Notes: generated by a model from the letters alone, not told the origin. Shown: positions 43,209 to 54,207, counted from the stretch's first letter. The stretch is DNA of 64,000 bases from an uncultured Candidatus Entotheonella sp. (GCA_965215335.1 CBDCDA010000002.1:352001-416000); one strand, 5' to 3'. Translations and numbers: made by a program.

Positions 43209-44192
43209 ATGACAGCCATCCCGTCATTTGACGGCGTTCAAGAAGCGGCAGCCCGTCTTGAGGGGCTGGTGCACCGTACCCCGGTGCTGACCTGTTCCAG
43301 CCTGGACGACCGGGTCGGCGCGCAGGTCTTCTGCAAGTGCGAGAATTTCCAGAAGGCGGGCGCCTTCAAGTTCCGCGGCGCATGCAATGCCGTCATGTCG
43401 CTATCGGACGCCGAAGCCAAGCGGGGCGTCGCCACCCATTCGTCGGGCAACCATGGCGCCGCCCTGGCCTTGGCGGCGCGCTTGCGCGGCGTGCCGGCCC
43501 GCATCGTCATGCCCACCAATGCGCCGGAGAGCAAGAAGGCTGCCGTGGTCGCTTACGGCGGTACGATTGTGTATTGCGAACCGACCCAGGAAGCGAGGGA
43601 GGCCGCCCTGGAAGCCGTAGTGCGCGAAACTGGGGCCGCCTTCATCCATCCCTACGACAACGCCAAGGTCATCGCCGGCCAGGGCACCACGGCCCTGGAA
43701 CTCTGTGCCGAGGTGCCGGAACTCGACGTGATTCTGGTGCCCGTGGGCGGTGGCGGCATGATAAGCGGCACGGCGCTGACCGTGGCGGCGCGCAGCCCCG
43801 GCACCCAAGTCGTAGCGGCGGAACCCGAGGCGGCGGACGATGCCTATCGTTCGCTGGCGGCCGGCAAGATTCTGCCGGCGAATTATCCGAACACGGTTGC
43901 GGACGGTTTGCGTACGTCGCTTGGCGAACTCACCTTTGCCATTATCCAGCGCCACGTGGCGCAGATCGTCACCGTGAGCGAAGACGCCATCGTCGCGGCA
44001 ATGCGTTACGTGTGGGGGCGCATGAAGATCATCATCGAGCCGTCGTCCGCCGTGCCCATCGCCGCCCTGCTCGACAACCGCCTGGACTTGTCCGGCAGAC
44101 GCGTTGGCGTCATGCTGACCGGCGGCAACGTCGACCTGGGACGGCTGCCTTGGCCCGCTGCGCCGTCGCCAGCAGCTCGGAAACAGTGTTGA
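43209..44192 (+). CDS. PLP-dependent serine/threonine dehydratase / serine racemase family
   Basis: KCENFQKAGAFKFRGA, HSSGNHG, PVGGGG, TGGNVD. Confidence 0.93.
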   Translation: MTAIPSFDGVQEAAARLEGLVHRTPVLTCSSLDDRVGAQVFCKCENFQKAGAFKFRGACNAVMSLSDAEAKRGVATHSSGNHGAALALAARLRGVPARIVMPTNAPESKKAAVVAYGGTIVYCEPTQEAREAALEAVVRETGAAFIHPYDNAKVIAGQGTTALELCAEVPELDVILVPVGGGGMISGTALTVAARSPGTQVVAAEPEAADDAYRSLAAGKILPANYPNTVADGLRTSLGELTFAIIQRHVAQIVTVSEDAIVAAMRYVWGRMKIIIEPSSAVPIAALLDNRLDLSGRRVGVMLTGGNVDLGRLPWPAAPSPAARKQC

Positions 44193-44207
44193 TAACGAGG
44201 GAGTGCC

Positions 44208-45716
44208 GTGAGCAAGCAGCACGACATCATCATCATTGGCGCCGGCAACGCCGCCCTGTGCGCGGCCATCGCGGCGCGTGAGCAGGGCGCCAGCGTTCTG
44301 GCCCTGGAAAAGGCGCCCGAGTACTTCCGCGGCGGCAATACCTATTTCACCGGTGGCATCATCCGCTGTGCCTACAACGGCCTCGCCGACCTCAAGCAAC
44401 TCATTCCCGACCTGTCGCCGCAGGAGGAAGCATCGGTCGAGGTCGGACAGTACACCGAGGACGACTTTTATGACGACCTGATGCGGGTTTCCAATGGCCT
44501 CGCCGACCCCGATCTGGCGCAGATTCTGGTGCGCGAGTCGTTCCCGACGCTCAAGTGGCTGCAGGAACGTGGCGTGCGGTTCGTGCTCGCTTTCGGGCGC
44601 CAGGCGTTCAAGCGCGGCGACAAATACCACTTCTGGGGTGGCCTGCCGGTGGAAGCTGTGGGTGCCGGCAAGGGCCTGTCGGACCAGCAATTCGAGGTGG
44701 CGGAACGCCTGGGCGTCGACATCCGCTACGGCACCAAGGGCGTGCGGCTGCTGCAGGATCAACAGGGCGGGGTAACGGGCGTGACCGTGCAGGGACCGCA
44801 GGGGTTTGAGACTCTGTACGCCGAGGCCGTCATCCTGGCCTGCGGCGGCTTTGAGTCCAACGCCGAGATGCGCACGCGCTACCTCGGCCCGGGCTGGGAG
44901 TTGGCCAAGGTGCGGGGCATCCCCTACAACACCGGCGACGGCATTCGCATGGCGCTGGACATCGGCGCCCAGCCGTACGGTCACTGGAGCGGCTGCCACG
45001 CCGTGGCCTGGGACCTGAATGCGCCGCCGACTGGCGACCGTACCATCACGGAGTTGTATCAGAAACATTCTTACCCGTTCGGCATCATCGTCAACGCCGA
45101 GGGCAAACGTTTCGTCGACGAAGGGGCGGATTTTCGCAATTACACCTATGCCAAGTACGGGCGCGAGATTCTGCGTCAGCCGCTGGGCATGGCGGTGCAG
45201 ATTTTCGACGACAGGGTGAAGCACCTGCTGCGCGACGAGTACCACATTCCCCAGGTGTCCAAGGCGGAGGCCGACACGATTGCGGACCTCGCGGACCAAT
45301 TGGGTATCGACCCCGACGGGCTGCAGCAGACCGTCGCGGCATTCAACGCCGCGGTGCGGCCGGGCGACTACAATCCCACCGAGCTCGACGGCAAGGCGAC
45401 CCAGGGCATTGAGCCGCCCAAGTCCAACTGGGCCTTGCCCATCGACACGCCGCCGTTCGTCGGCTACGCGGTGACGTGCGGCATCACCTTCACCTTCGGC
45501 GGGCTACGCATCGACACGCGCGGGCAGGTGCTCGACAGCGAGGGCAATCCCATAGCCAACCTGTACGCCGCCGGGGAACTGGTCGGCGGGGTCTTTTATC
45601 ACAACTATCCCGGCGGCTCCGGACTGACCTCCGGCGCCGTGTTCGGCCGCCTGGCGGGCGCCAGCGCCGCCACAGACATCGCCGGACGGGTGCAGGGCGT
45701 ATGGCATTGCACGTGA
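44208..45716 (+). CDS. tcuA: FAD-dependent tricarballylate dehydrogenase-like flavoprotein
   Basis: GAGNAALCAA, RGGNT, HWSGCHAV, KHSYPFGI, RNYTYAKYG, HNYPGGSGL. Confidence 0.88.
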   Translation: MSKQHDIIIIGAGNAALCAAIAAREQGASVLALEKAPEYFRGGNTYFTGGIIRCAYNGLADLKQLIPDLSPQEEASVEVGQYTEDDFYDDLMRVSNGLADPDLAQILVRESFPTLKWLQERGVRFVLAFGRQAFKRGDKYHFWGGLPVEAVGAGKGLSDQQFEVAERLGVDIRYGTKGVRLLQDQQGGVTGVTVQGPQGFETLYAEAVILACGGFESNAEMRTRYLGPGWELAKVRGIPYNTGDGIRMALDIGAQPYGHWSGCHAVAWDLNAPPTGDRTITELYQKHSYPFGIIVNAEGKRFVDEGADFRNYTYAKYGREILRQPLGMAVQIFDDRVKHLLRDEYHIPQVSKAEADTIADLADQLGIDPDGLQQTVAAFNAAVRPGDYNPTELDGKATQGIEPPKSNWALPIDTPPFVGYAVTCGITFTFGGLRIDTRGQVLDSEGNPIANLYAAGELVGGVFYHNYPGGSGLTSGAVFGRLAGASAATDIAGRVQGVWHCT

Positions 45717-46501
45717 TCGTGACGGCCAAGCAGGTGATCGACCCCGACATGCCGTTGTCGGCCATGCGCATTGCCGATGACGCCCGGCAGGTGGTGACGC
45801 CGGCCACGTTCCCCCCGGTCGTGAACGGTTTCGACGAGGTTGCCGTGGAGGCGGCGCTGCGGCTCAAGGACCATCAGGGCGCCAAGGTCACCGTCCTTTC
45901 CGTGGGCGGTCAGTTCAACCTGGACATCATCAAAAAGCCGCTGGCCATGGGGGCCGATGCCCTGGTCTTGTGCCAGGACGCGGCCTTCGCCGATCTGTCG
46001 GACAGTTTTGTCACCGCGCAGGTGCTGGCCGCAGCGGTTCGCAAGATCGGCGCCTTTGACCTGCTGCTGTGCGGGCGTCAAGCCTCGGATTGGGACAACG
46101 CCCAGGTGCCGTTCCTGCTCGCCGACATGCTCGACGTGCCGTGTCTCCCGCTGGCGCAGAAAGTGGACGTTGAGCCGGACCGCGTGGTCGTCGAGCAGTT
46201 GGTCCCCGATGGCTACGACGTGGTTGAAACCGCTTTGCCGGCCCTGGTGACCGCAAGCAACGAGCTCGGTGCGCCGCGCTATCCGAACATGCGAAACCTG
46301 ATGGCCGCGAAACGAAAGCGCCCTGTGGTCTGGACGTGTGCCGATCTGGAACTGGATGCCGCTGCCCTGTCTGCCCGCGTGGAGGTCCGCGAGTTGCTGT
46401 TGCCGCGGCGCACCCGGGAATGCGAATTCATCGCCGCTGAAGATGGCGCCGCCGCCGGGGAAAAGTTGGCCGCAACGCTTCACGAGGCTGGTCTGATCTG
46501 A
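45701..46501 (+). CDS. etfB: electron transfer flavoprotein beta subunit
   Basis: KQVIDP, AVEAALRLK, LAMGAD, CGRQASD, PRYP. Confidence 0.92.
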   Translation: MALHVIVTAKQVIDPDMPLSAMRIADDARQVVTPATFPPVVNGFDEVAVEAALRLKDHQGAKVTVLSVGGQFNLDIIKKPLAMGADALVLCQDAAFADLSDSFVTAQVLAAAVRKIGAFDLLLCGRQASDWDNAQVPFLLADMLDVPCLPLAQKVDVEPDRVVVEQLVPDGYDVVETALPALVTASNELGAPRYPNMRNLMAAKRKRPVVWTCADLELDAAALSARVEVRELLLPRRTRECEFIAAEDGAAAGEKLAATLHEAGLI

Positions 46502-46524
46502 GTTGTTGCACAGGAGCAACGCGC

Positions 46525-47514
46525 GTGGCAGCAGGACGAGGGGTGTTGATCGTTGGAGAGGCCGGTAACGGGCATTTGAGCCCGACAACTGCCGAACTCC
46601 TGGCGGCCGGCCGGGCGCTACTGCGGAGCCTTGAAGGGGAACTGGCGGCAGGGCTTGTCGGGCATGACTTGGCGACGCTGGCGGCGGAAGCGTTGGCCGC
46701 CGGCGCCGAACGGGTCTACATGGTGAATGACACGCTGTTGCAGGACGCGCCGGCCGACCTGTGCCTGAGTGCGCTGGCTGGACTCTGTCAGGCAACCACG
46801 CCGGAAATCATCCTCTTTGCCCGTTCGGCCTGGGGCCGTGAGTTGGCGCCGCGCCTGGCATGCCGGCTGGGTGTCGGCCTGTTGCAGGACTGCCTGGAAG
46901 TGGGCATCGATCCCAACGGCGGGCGCTTGACGGCGCTCCGGCCAGTATATGGCGGCAATTTTTTGGCCCGCGTGCGATGCGCCGCTTCTCCGCAGATAGC
47001 GGTCCTGCGTTCGCAGGCTTACGAACCGCTGGCGCCGGACCCGAGCCGTCAGGGCGAAGTCGTGGCCGTGCCGGTAACCCTCGACGCCTCGCAGCCGCGC
47101 GTTCGGGTGGCGCGGCGCGTCCGCCATGAGCATCCGGGTGTCAGCCTGACGGAAGCCCGTGTCGTCATTTCCGGGGGCCGCGGGCTGGGTGGCCCGGAAC
47201 CTTTCCGCGACCTGGAAGAACTGGCCGGCATGCTCAGGGCCGCGGTCGGCGCCTCGCGCGCCGCAGTAGACGCCGGTTGGGTTCCTGGCCACTGGCAAGT
47301 CGGCCTGACCGGGACCACGGTGACACCGGAACTCTACCTCGCCGTCGGCATTTCGGGCGCCAGCCAGCACATGGCCGGGTGCTCCGGCGCCAAGGTGATT
47401 GTGGCGATCAACACGGATGCCGAGGCGCCGATCTTTCGGGAAGCGCGCTACGGCGTCGTTGCCGATTGGCGGGCGGTGCTGCCGGCCCTCATGGAAGCCG
47501 TGCGCGGCTTATAA
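46525..47514 (+). CDS. etfA: electron transfer flavoprotein alpha subunit
   Basis: [35 protein letters not shown]. Confidence 0.95.
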   Translation: MAAGRGVLIVGEAGNGHLSPTTAELLAAGRALLRSLEGELAAGLVGHDLATLAAEALAAGAERVYMVNDTLLQDAPADLCLSALAGLCQATTPEIILFARSAWGRELAPRLACRLGVGLLQDCLEVGIDPNGGRLTALRPVYGGNFLARVRCAASPQIAVLRSQAYEPLAPDPSRQGEVVAVPVTLDASQPRVRVARRVRHEHPGVSLTEARVVISGGRGLGGPEPFRDLEELAGMLRAAVGASRAAVDAGWVPGHWQVGLTGTTVTPELYLAVGISGASQHMAGCSGAKVIVAINTDAEAPIFREARYGVVADWRAVLPALMEAVRGL

Positions 47515-47537
47515 AGGCAGGGAGGAGGTGTCACAGC

Positions 47538-48230
47538 GTGGAGATTCGCATCGGCAGCCTGTTGCGCGGCGCCCAAGAGGCCGTGGGGACGACGATCATC
47601 ATTGACGTTTTCCGCGCCTTCACGACCGCGGCGGTGGCCTTTGCGCGTGGGGTCGAGAAAATCATCCTGGTGGCGGAAGTCGAGGAGGCCCTGGCCTTGC
47701 GTCGCCAGGGCATCGGGCAACTCTGTATGGGCGAGGTCGCCGGCGTCAAACCCGACGCCTTCGACCACGGCAATTCTCCCCACGAACTCGAAAGCGAGGA
47801 GCTGACGGGCAAGACGGTCATTCAATCGACCCGCGCCGGCACCGTCGGCGCCACCGCGGCATCGGCGGCCGAGAGACTCTACCTGGGATCGTTCGTCACC
47901 GCCGCAGCGACCGTGCGTGCCATCCAGCAGCAACAGCCCGACTTGGTCAGCATCGTGGCGATGGGCTATGCCTCCAAGCAACGCGCCGATGAAGACGAGC
48001 AATGCGCCCTGTACCTGCGCAACCGCCTGCAAGGCCGCCAGCCCGACCCCGATGCGGTCCGTCAATTGGTACTCGTGGGCCACGAAGCCCAGAAATACGA
48101 CGACCCCGCCCAGCCACAATTCCATCCCCAAGACAAAGACCTGGCTTTGCACATCGACCGCTATGCCTTTGCCCTTCCCGTCACCCGCGAAAACGGCCTG
48201 CTGGTCGCCCGACCGCAGCCGAGGCCGTGA
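47538..48230 (+). CDS. comB: 2-phosphosulfolactate phosphatase family protein
   Basis: IDVFRAFTT, GNSP, STRAGT, EDEQCA. Confidence 0.85.
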   Translation: MEIRIGSLLRGAQEAVGTTIIIDVFRAFTTAAVAFARGVEKIILVAEVEEALALRRQGIGQLCMGEVAGVKPDAFDHGNSPHELESEELTGKTVIQSTRAGTVGATAASAAERLYLGSFVTAAATVRAIQQQQPDLVSIVAMGYASKQRADEDEQCALYLRNRLQGRQPDPDAVRQLVLVGHEAQKYDDPAQPQFHPQDKDLALHIDRYAFALPVTRENGLLVARPQPRP

Positions 48231-48239
48231 GGCAAGCGA

Positions 48240-48454
48240 CCACCTGCCGGATACACCGTTGTTCGGATTGAACCACAGCAAATGAGAACGTCCCTCGCGC
48301 TTGAGGCGACAACCGTGTGTCTCCGCAGATGTCGGGTCAAGCTGCTCCGTTTCACGGAAGGGTGCTCTCGGATGGCTTGCGGCGGCACACCACGCAAGCC
48401 TTCCTCCCGACGATCTTCAGGGCAATAGGCGATATACCATTCCTCGTCCGACAA
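48240..48454 (-). pseudogene. degraded hicB-hicA toxin-antitoxin pair
   Basis: EEWYIAYCPE joined to DRREEGLRGVP (HicB with internal deletion); GTG at 48355 gives KRSSLTRHLRRH, then frameshift to LKREGRSHLLWFNP (HicA). Confidence 0.7.
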
Positions 48455-48478
48455 CCTTTCGCGGGGACAAACCGAACG

Positions 48479-49381
48479 TCAAGTATTCCGTGCCGCGGGG
48501 TCTTCCGCAAATTCGATGCCGCACCACGCCTCCCACAGCGTCGCCAGCGAGGCGTAATCCAGGTTCTCCAGCCCGCTGGCGGCGGCGATTTCGTACGGCG
48601 TGTGCGACGCCTGAATGGCGTACAGCGGCACGCCCATCTGCCGGGCGATTTCGAGCGCCAGGGTGGAATCCTTGCGGGCATTGAGGACGGACATGCCGCC
48701 GTCGTAGTGCCCGTGCATCATGCGCTCACAGACCCGGTGGGTGAGTGGGCGCTTCAGACCCGCCTCGCCTTCCAGCAGATCGACCAGGGTTGGCATGGGA
48801 ATGTCCAGCTTGGCGGCCAGGGCGGCTGCTTCGATCAACACCACCATGACCGCGTGCATCACCGCGTTGTTCACCACCTTGGCGCCCATGCCCGCGCCGA
48901 CCGGACCCAAGTGCATGATTTTTTTGGCCATGGGCACGAGCACGGGCCGGGCCTGTTCCACGTCCGCCGGCTCGCCGCCGACCAGAAAGGTGACCTGCCC
49001 GGCGGCCATCGCTGCCACGCCGCTGGCGATTGCCGCGTCCACGAAGCGCACTTGGCGCGTGCGGCACAGGCCGTCCAGAGTCTGTACTGTCTGGGGCGTG
49101 ACGGTGCTCGTTTCAATGATGAGGTCGGGCACCCGCTCGCCCGCCAGGAGTTCGGTCACCACGGCCTGCGAAATATCCGGTGCCGGTAGTGACAGGATGA
49201 TCCGCCCGGCGCGGGCCGCCACCTCGGTCACCGAGTCGACGCACTCAATCGCCAGCCCCGCCACCGCTTGGCGGCGGCTTGGGTCGCGGTCGTAGCCGAC
49301 CAGCGGCAATTTTCCCGACAGAGCCGTGGCAAGCGCAGAACCGGCATTGCCGAGGGCGATCATGCCGATCGCATCTGACAT
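48479..49381 (-). CDS. NAD(P)-dependent oxidoreductase, beta-hydroxyacid dehydrogenase family
   Basis: IALGNAG, ETSTVTP, GAGMGAKVVNN. Confidence 0.88.
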   Translation of the reverse strand: MSDAIGMIALGNAGSALATALSGKLPLVGYDRDPSRRQAVAGLAIECVDSVTEVAARAGRIILSLPAPDISQAVVTELLAGERVPDLIIETSTVTPQTVQTLDGLCRTRQVRFVDAAIASGVAAMAAGQVTFLVGGEPADVEQARPVLVPMAKKIMHLGPVGAGMGAKVVNNAVMHAVMVVLIEAAALAAKLDIPMPTLVDLLEGEAGLKRPLTHRVCERMMHGHYDGGMSVLNARKDSTLALEIARQMGVPLYAIQASHTPYEIAAASGLENLDYASLATLWEAWCGIEFAEDPAARNT

Positions 49382-49572
49382 GACGTGCTCCTTTCCTGGT
49401 ACGGGACCTCCCCTTTCGGTGCCGCGAGGCGTTCTGCTACCCGCCACGCCGCCGCATTGACTCCCTGTCGGGCTTTGTTTACCATGTGCGGCCAATTTTG
49501 TGAAACTTGAAGCCTTGGACGCCGGCCTGCAGCAGGCCGGCGCGGCACCTATTGCGCACACAGGAGAAAGCG

Positions 49573-50715
49573 ATGGCCGCCTTCAATCTCATCTCAGCCG
49601 ATTCCCACATTGTTGAGCCGCCCGATCTTTACGCCACCCGAATCGAGCCGAAATTCAGGGATATCGCCCCGCGTCTGGAGCGGCACCGCACACGCCAGGG
49701 CCGGGAATACGACGCCTGGTATCTCAACGGCCTGCGCTGCGGCACGGTGGGCTCCGTCATTCAGGCCGGCAAGCGTTTTGAGGCCCCCGGTTCGCTGGAC
49801 TTCCTGGGCCTCTGGGAAGACGTGAAGAAGGCGGCTTACGAGCCGCATGCGATGATCGAGGAATTGGAAGTCGACGGGGTATGGGGCGCCTGCCTGCAAC
49901 CGAGCCAGGGGCTCTTCTGGTACCGTCTTGACGACAGCGCCCTGCTGACGGCTCTGTGTCGCGCCTACAACGATTGGATCACCGATTTTTGCAGCGCCGA
50001 TCCCAAACGGCTCAAGGGCATCGCCATGCTGAACGTCGACGATGTCGACGAAGCCTGCTACGAGCTGGAGCGGTGCGCCAAAATGGGCTTGGTCGGCGCC
50101 TTCATTCCCGTTTATCCGCTGCCGGACCGGCCGTATCGGCATGCCATTTACGACCGCCTGTGGTGGACCGCACAGGACGCCAACATGCCATTGATGCTGC
50201 ACATCGGCACCAACCGGGTCGGCATTCCCGGCTGCGAATTCACCATCGACATCAATGAGATCACGGCCGCCGGGTTTGCCACCATGGATCATTGGGTGCG
50301 TTACTCGCTCACCGCCATGATTTTCGCGGGGGTTTTCGAGCGCTACCCGCGCCTGAAGGTCGGCTCGGTGGAACACGAGACCGCCTGGGTGCCCCACTGG
50401 CTGCAGCAGATGGATTTTACCTGTCGCGAACGGCCCCTCATCAACCAGCGCTGGCGCTCACGCGAGGGCATGCTGCCCAGCGATTACTGGCAGCGCAACA
50501 TGTTCGTGGAGTTCATGGAGGACGAGATCGGTATTCGGTTGCGCGACTTGATCGGCACGGGCAACATGTTGTGGGGCAATGACTTTCCGCACGCGGAATC
50601 GACATGGCCGCGCTCACAGCAATTTCTCGACCGTATCTTTGCCGATGCGCCCGAAGAGGCGCGCCGCAAGATCACGGCCGATAATGCGGCCAAGATGTTC
50701 GGTTTCGACGGCTAG
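49573..50715 (+). CDS. amidohydrolase family protein (amidohydro_2)
   Basis: SADSHIVEPPD, RAYNDW, WGNDFPHAESTWP. Confidence 0.92.
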   Translation: MAAFNLISADSHIVEPPDLYATRIEPKFRDIAPRLERHRTRQGREYDAWYLNGLRCGTVGSVIQAGKRFEAPGSLDFLGLWEDVKKAAYEPHAMIEELEVDGVWGACLQPSQGLFWYRLDDSALLTALCRAYNDWITDFCSADPKRLKGIAMLNVDDVDEACYELERCAKMGLVGAFIPVYPLPDRPYRHAIYDRLWWTAQDANMPLMLHIGTNRVGIPGCEFTIDINEITAAGFATMDHWVRYSLTAMIFAGVFERYPRLKVGSVEHETAWVPHWLQQMDFTCRERPLINQRWRSREGMLPSDYWQRNMFVEFMEDEIGIRLRDLIGTGNMLWGNDFPHAESTWPRSQQFLDRIFADAPEEARRKITADNAAKMFGFDG

Positions 50716-51119
50716 ACATGGTGGGCGGGTGCCTGGCAGCGGGTTTGCAGTGGCGAGTGAAGCGGCGGCCTGCTGTTCCGCGCCCAGAGCAGATCAAAGC
50801 GGCGCATGATGTCGGCTAACCTGGCATCCTCCTGAGCCACTGTGCGAAGGGTGTCGGGCATCCGCCGGGTCAACCCTCCTCGTTCGATGAATCCGACTCC
50901 TGCACGTCGATGCGCCACACGCCGTCCGTCATCCAGCACGTCCTGCAAGGCTCTCCCCGCTTCCTGGATCTGAACATGATCGGACCTCTCTCGGCATGCC
51001 CGGGAATGAGGATCATGTATATATCCTGAACATCGGCGCCCATGCGAACGCTAGTTGCCTGCCTTATAATGCAGCCTCGCCAACCAAGTCCAGCCGTCCA
51101 ACCCAAAAGGGAAAAACTC

Positions 51120-52484
51120 ATGGTCAGCACCAAGCCGCCAAGCGGCATGCGGGATTACTTGCCGGAGGTCGTCCGCAAGCGTCGTTACGTCATTGCAAAG
51201 ATCGAACGCATCTTCCAGCAGTACGGGTTCCTGCCCCTGGAAACCCCTGCGATGGAGAACCTGACGACGCTGCTCGGCAAGTACGGAGCCGAGGGCGACC
51301 GGCTGCTGTACCGTATTCTGCATCGCGGCGACAAGCTGACACGCGCCTTGGCCCAAGATGGGGTGCAACCGGCCGACTTGGCGGAATTGGGGCTACGCTA
51401 CGACCTGACCGTGCCGCTGGCACGGGTCGTGGCCCAGTACGGACACCAGCTTCCCCGCTTCTTCAAACGCTACCAAATCCAGCCGGTGTGGCGTGCCGAC
51501 CGCCCTGCCAAGGGCCGTTTTCGCGAGTTTTATCAGTGTGACGTGGACGTCACCGGAACCCGGTCCCTGATCGCCGAAGCCGAGGTGCTGAACGCCATCA
51601 GCGACGTGCTGCAGGACCTCGGCTTTCGCAACTGCACCATCGCCATCAACCATCGCGTCCTGTTGCGCAGCATGATCGAAGGCGCCGGACTGGCGCCGGA
51701 TCAGGAAGAAACCGCCTTGGTGGCCATCGACAAGCTAGACAAAATCGGCGTGGACGGGGTGCAGAACGAACTTGTAGAGCGTGGCATTCCGGCGACGGCA
51801 GCAAGCCGCCTGCTGGATTGTACCGTCGTGTCCGAGGCAAGCGACAACCTCCAGTGGCTCAAGGATTTACGCGACCTCCTACCGCTGGCGCCTGCCCAAC
51901 AGGCCCTCGATGACCTCGAAAACCTCTTCTGCCTCACCGCTGAGGCGTCCAGCGCCCCTCTGCTGCGTCTGACGCCGGGTTTGGCGCGTGGTTTGAGTTA
52001 TTACACGGGGCCTATTTTCGAAATCGTCTCCGGCGATTTCAGTGGTTCGTTGGGCGGCGGGGGGCGATACGACAATCTGGTCGGCATGTTCAGCGGCAGA
52101 CAGGTGCCGGCGGTCGGCTTCTCCCTCGGCCTCGATCGCATCCTGCTGATCATGGACGAGCACGGCCTGTTTCCAGATATGCCTATCTCTGCCGACGTGA
52201 TGGTCTGTCCATTGCCCGGGACGCCGTTAGCGCCCGTCATCGGGCTGGCGGCGCGGCTGCGCCAGGGCGGCGTCAGGGTCGAGTTGTACCCGGAACAGGC
52301 CAGGTTGGGACGCCAACTCGCCACGGTGGATGATCTGGGAATCCCTTGCGCCCTGATCCTCGGTCCCGATGAGCTCGCCCAGCAGAAATACACCCTGAAG
52401 CATCTGGCGTCCGGCGCGCAGCGGCGTCTGGATGAAGCCGGCCTGCTTGACACGCTCTCCAGCAGTCCCCGTCCCACCCCGTAA
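51120..52484 (+). CDS. hisS: histidine--tRNA ligase
   Basis: GMRDYLP, LRYDLTVP, RFREFYQCD, LARGLSYYTG, GGGRYD. Confidence 0.98.
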   Translation: MVSTKPPSGMRDYLPEVVRKRRYVIAKIERIFQQYGFLPLETPAMENLTTLLGKYGAEGDRLLYRILHRGDKLTRALAQDGVQPADLAELGLRYDLTVPLARVVAQYGHQLPRFFKRYQIQPVWRADRPAKGRFREFYQCDVDVTGTRSLIAEAEVLNAISDVLQDLGFRNCTIAINHRVLLRSMIEGAGLAPDQEETALVAIDKLDKIGVDGVQNELVERGIPATAASRLLDCTVVSEASDNLQWLKDLRDLLPLAPAQQALDDLENLFCLTAEASSAPLLRLTPGLARGLSYYTGPIFEIVSGDFSGSLGGGGRYDNLVGMFSGRQVPAVGFSLGLDRILLIMDEHGLFPDMPISADVMVCPLPGTPLAPVIGLAARLRQGGVRVELYPEQARLGRQLATVDDLGIPCALILGPDELAQQKYTLKHLASGAQRRLDEAGLLDTLSSSPRPTP

Positions 52485-52513
52485 CCGGAACCGCACCCGG
52501 CGGCATCCGCCTC

Positions 52514-54034
52514 CTACACCTCGCCTTTGGCGTTCTGTTTCCACCAGCGCCAGCCCAGGGTCAAGCCGAACACCAGCAGCACCACGTTGATCAGGAGGAG
52601 ATAAGCCACGGGCGGCATTGGCACGCCGGCGACGAACTCGAGGCCGCCGGGCGGCATGGACGTCGGGCTTGGCTGTGCGTTCGGTCCCGGCGGCAGGGAT
52701 GCTCTCCCTCGGTCCATCATCTGCTCAACCCGCCGGGTGAGACGGTTCTCCAGGTCCTGCAACGATACCTGGAGCTCCGTCGGGCTCACGAACGGGGCCG
52801 CCCCCTGGGGCTCTTGCGCGGGCGCCAGACGGCGCAACAGACGGTCTTCCAGATTGCCCAGAAGCATTTTCAGCTCCCGTGTGCTGACAAAGGACGACCC
52901 TTCGGCGGTGGGCAGCCGCATCACTTGCGGGGGGACAACCGCGGCGGTACTGTCATCGGGGACGGGTTCGGGCGGCGGCGACGCCTTGGCCACTCCGGTT
53001 GCCGCAGGGGGTTCCGGGGGCGCAACCACGGCGGTGCGGTCATCGGGCACGGATTCTTCGGGCGGCGGGGCCGTCTCGGCAACTTGGGGCGTCGCAGCGG
53101 GTTTCTGGCCCGGGACAGCGACGGTTTCTTCGTAAGGCTCCGGTATGGGCTCTGATTCCTCTGCGGCCAATTCCATCGTCATGGCGAGCGCCTGCGCAGC
53201 GGTGGTCACCTGCCGGCGGTGCCAAGCCTGCCACTGGTTGGCGATGATTCGTTGAGACGCTTCTCTGGCCATGATATTCAGCCGCTTTACAAAATCCAGC
53301 GGCACCTCCAGATAGGCGCCAACCAGCAGGCCGTGCAGATTCCCGCGCAGAAACGCCTCGTGATTCAAACGCCAGAGCAGGACGACCGCTTGCCAGCGTT
53401 GATCCTTGGGCACACCGAGTTTGCCCACGACGTTGTACATCGTTTCGCCCCGCTGTATCGGTCCGTAGAGATCAGGCAAATCGAACTGCGCTTCGATCGA
53501 CGGCAGCGTCGGCGGGATGACGGGTTCGGGCGCCGGAGCAGACGGTGGGGAAGGGACCGTTGGTTGCAGAGATGTGACTGGATCAGCGGCGGCCTGCCGG
53601 ATTACCGGTTCCACGACCGCCTCTTGTTGCGCCGCTGCAGGGACCAACTCAGGCAGCTCGACGTGGTAATTGCGCACGATGGTCAGCCTGCCGGAGCGCA
53701 CCAGCACCAGCAGGTCAAGGGCCTCGTCCGTGATCGGCACGTTCGAGAAGATGCGTACCGTGTCCCGCTTGTCAGGGGCCAGAATGATGTGCATGTGTTC
53801 GAGAATGGGCGCGCGCTCGAGTTCCTCAAGCTGGTAATCCTGCGGCGTTCCCAGCAGCACTTCGAGTTCCCTGCCGCGTTCGTGGGGCTCCAGGACGAAA
53901 GGCACTTCAGCCCGAAACGGCTCATTGGCAGCGCTCTGCACGTCGATTTCTCCGACCGAGAACGCCAGCAGGTCGCCGACCAAGCCAACGCAGGCGACAA
54001 TCACGACGAGTCCCGCCCAGAAGTCCCGTGCCAT
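52514..54034 (-). CDS. FimV-like protein (N-terminal domain, LysM-like domain, C-terminal TM)
   Basis: signal peptide, GEIDVQSAANEPFRAEV, YGPIQRGET...NHEAFLRGNLHGL, Pro-rich linker. Confidence 0.75.
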   Translation of the reverse strand: MARDFWAGLVVIVACVGLVGDLLAFSVGEIDVQSAANEPFRAEVPFVLEPHERGRELEVLLGTPQDYQLEELERAPILEHMHIILAPDKRDTVRIFSNVPITDEALDLLVLVRSGRLTIVRNYHVELPELVPAAAQQEAVVEPVIRQAAADPVTSLQPTVPSPPSAPAPEPVIPPTLPSIEAQFDLPDLYGPIQRGETMYNVVGKLGVPKDQRWQAVVLLWRLNHEAFLRGNLHGLLVGAYLEVPLDFVKRLNIMAREASQRIIANQWQAWHRRQVTTAAQALAMTMELAAEESEPIPEPYEETVAVPGQKPAATPQVAETAPPPEESVPDDRTAVVAPPEPPAATGVAKASPPPEPVPDDSTAAVVPPQVMRLPTAEGSSFVSTRELKMLLGNLEDRLLRRLAPAQEPQGAAPFVSPTELQVSLQDLENRLTRRVEQMMDRGRASLPPGPNAQPSPTSMPPGGLEFVAGVPMPPVAYLLLINVVLLVFGLTLGWRWWKQNAKGEV

Positions 54035-54207
54035 CCGACCTCCCTTCACGTCTCCACACCTTTCCTGTCACTCGATGCCCCCAGCCTTGCCCTGCTCACC
54101 CCACACGGCGTAAGCTACGCTGCCTTGCCTCTTGACACGATCAAGCCGACGGAAATTCTCTGACCCTCGGCGACACGCCCGGGAGCCGCCACACCACTGG
54201 AGCTACC

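Noticed and set aside
50712..50980. Possible nucleotidyltransferase/antitoxin remnant on the minus strand
   Set aside because: Only a vague resemblance; no GS..DxD motif.
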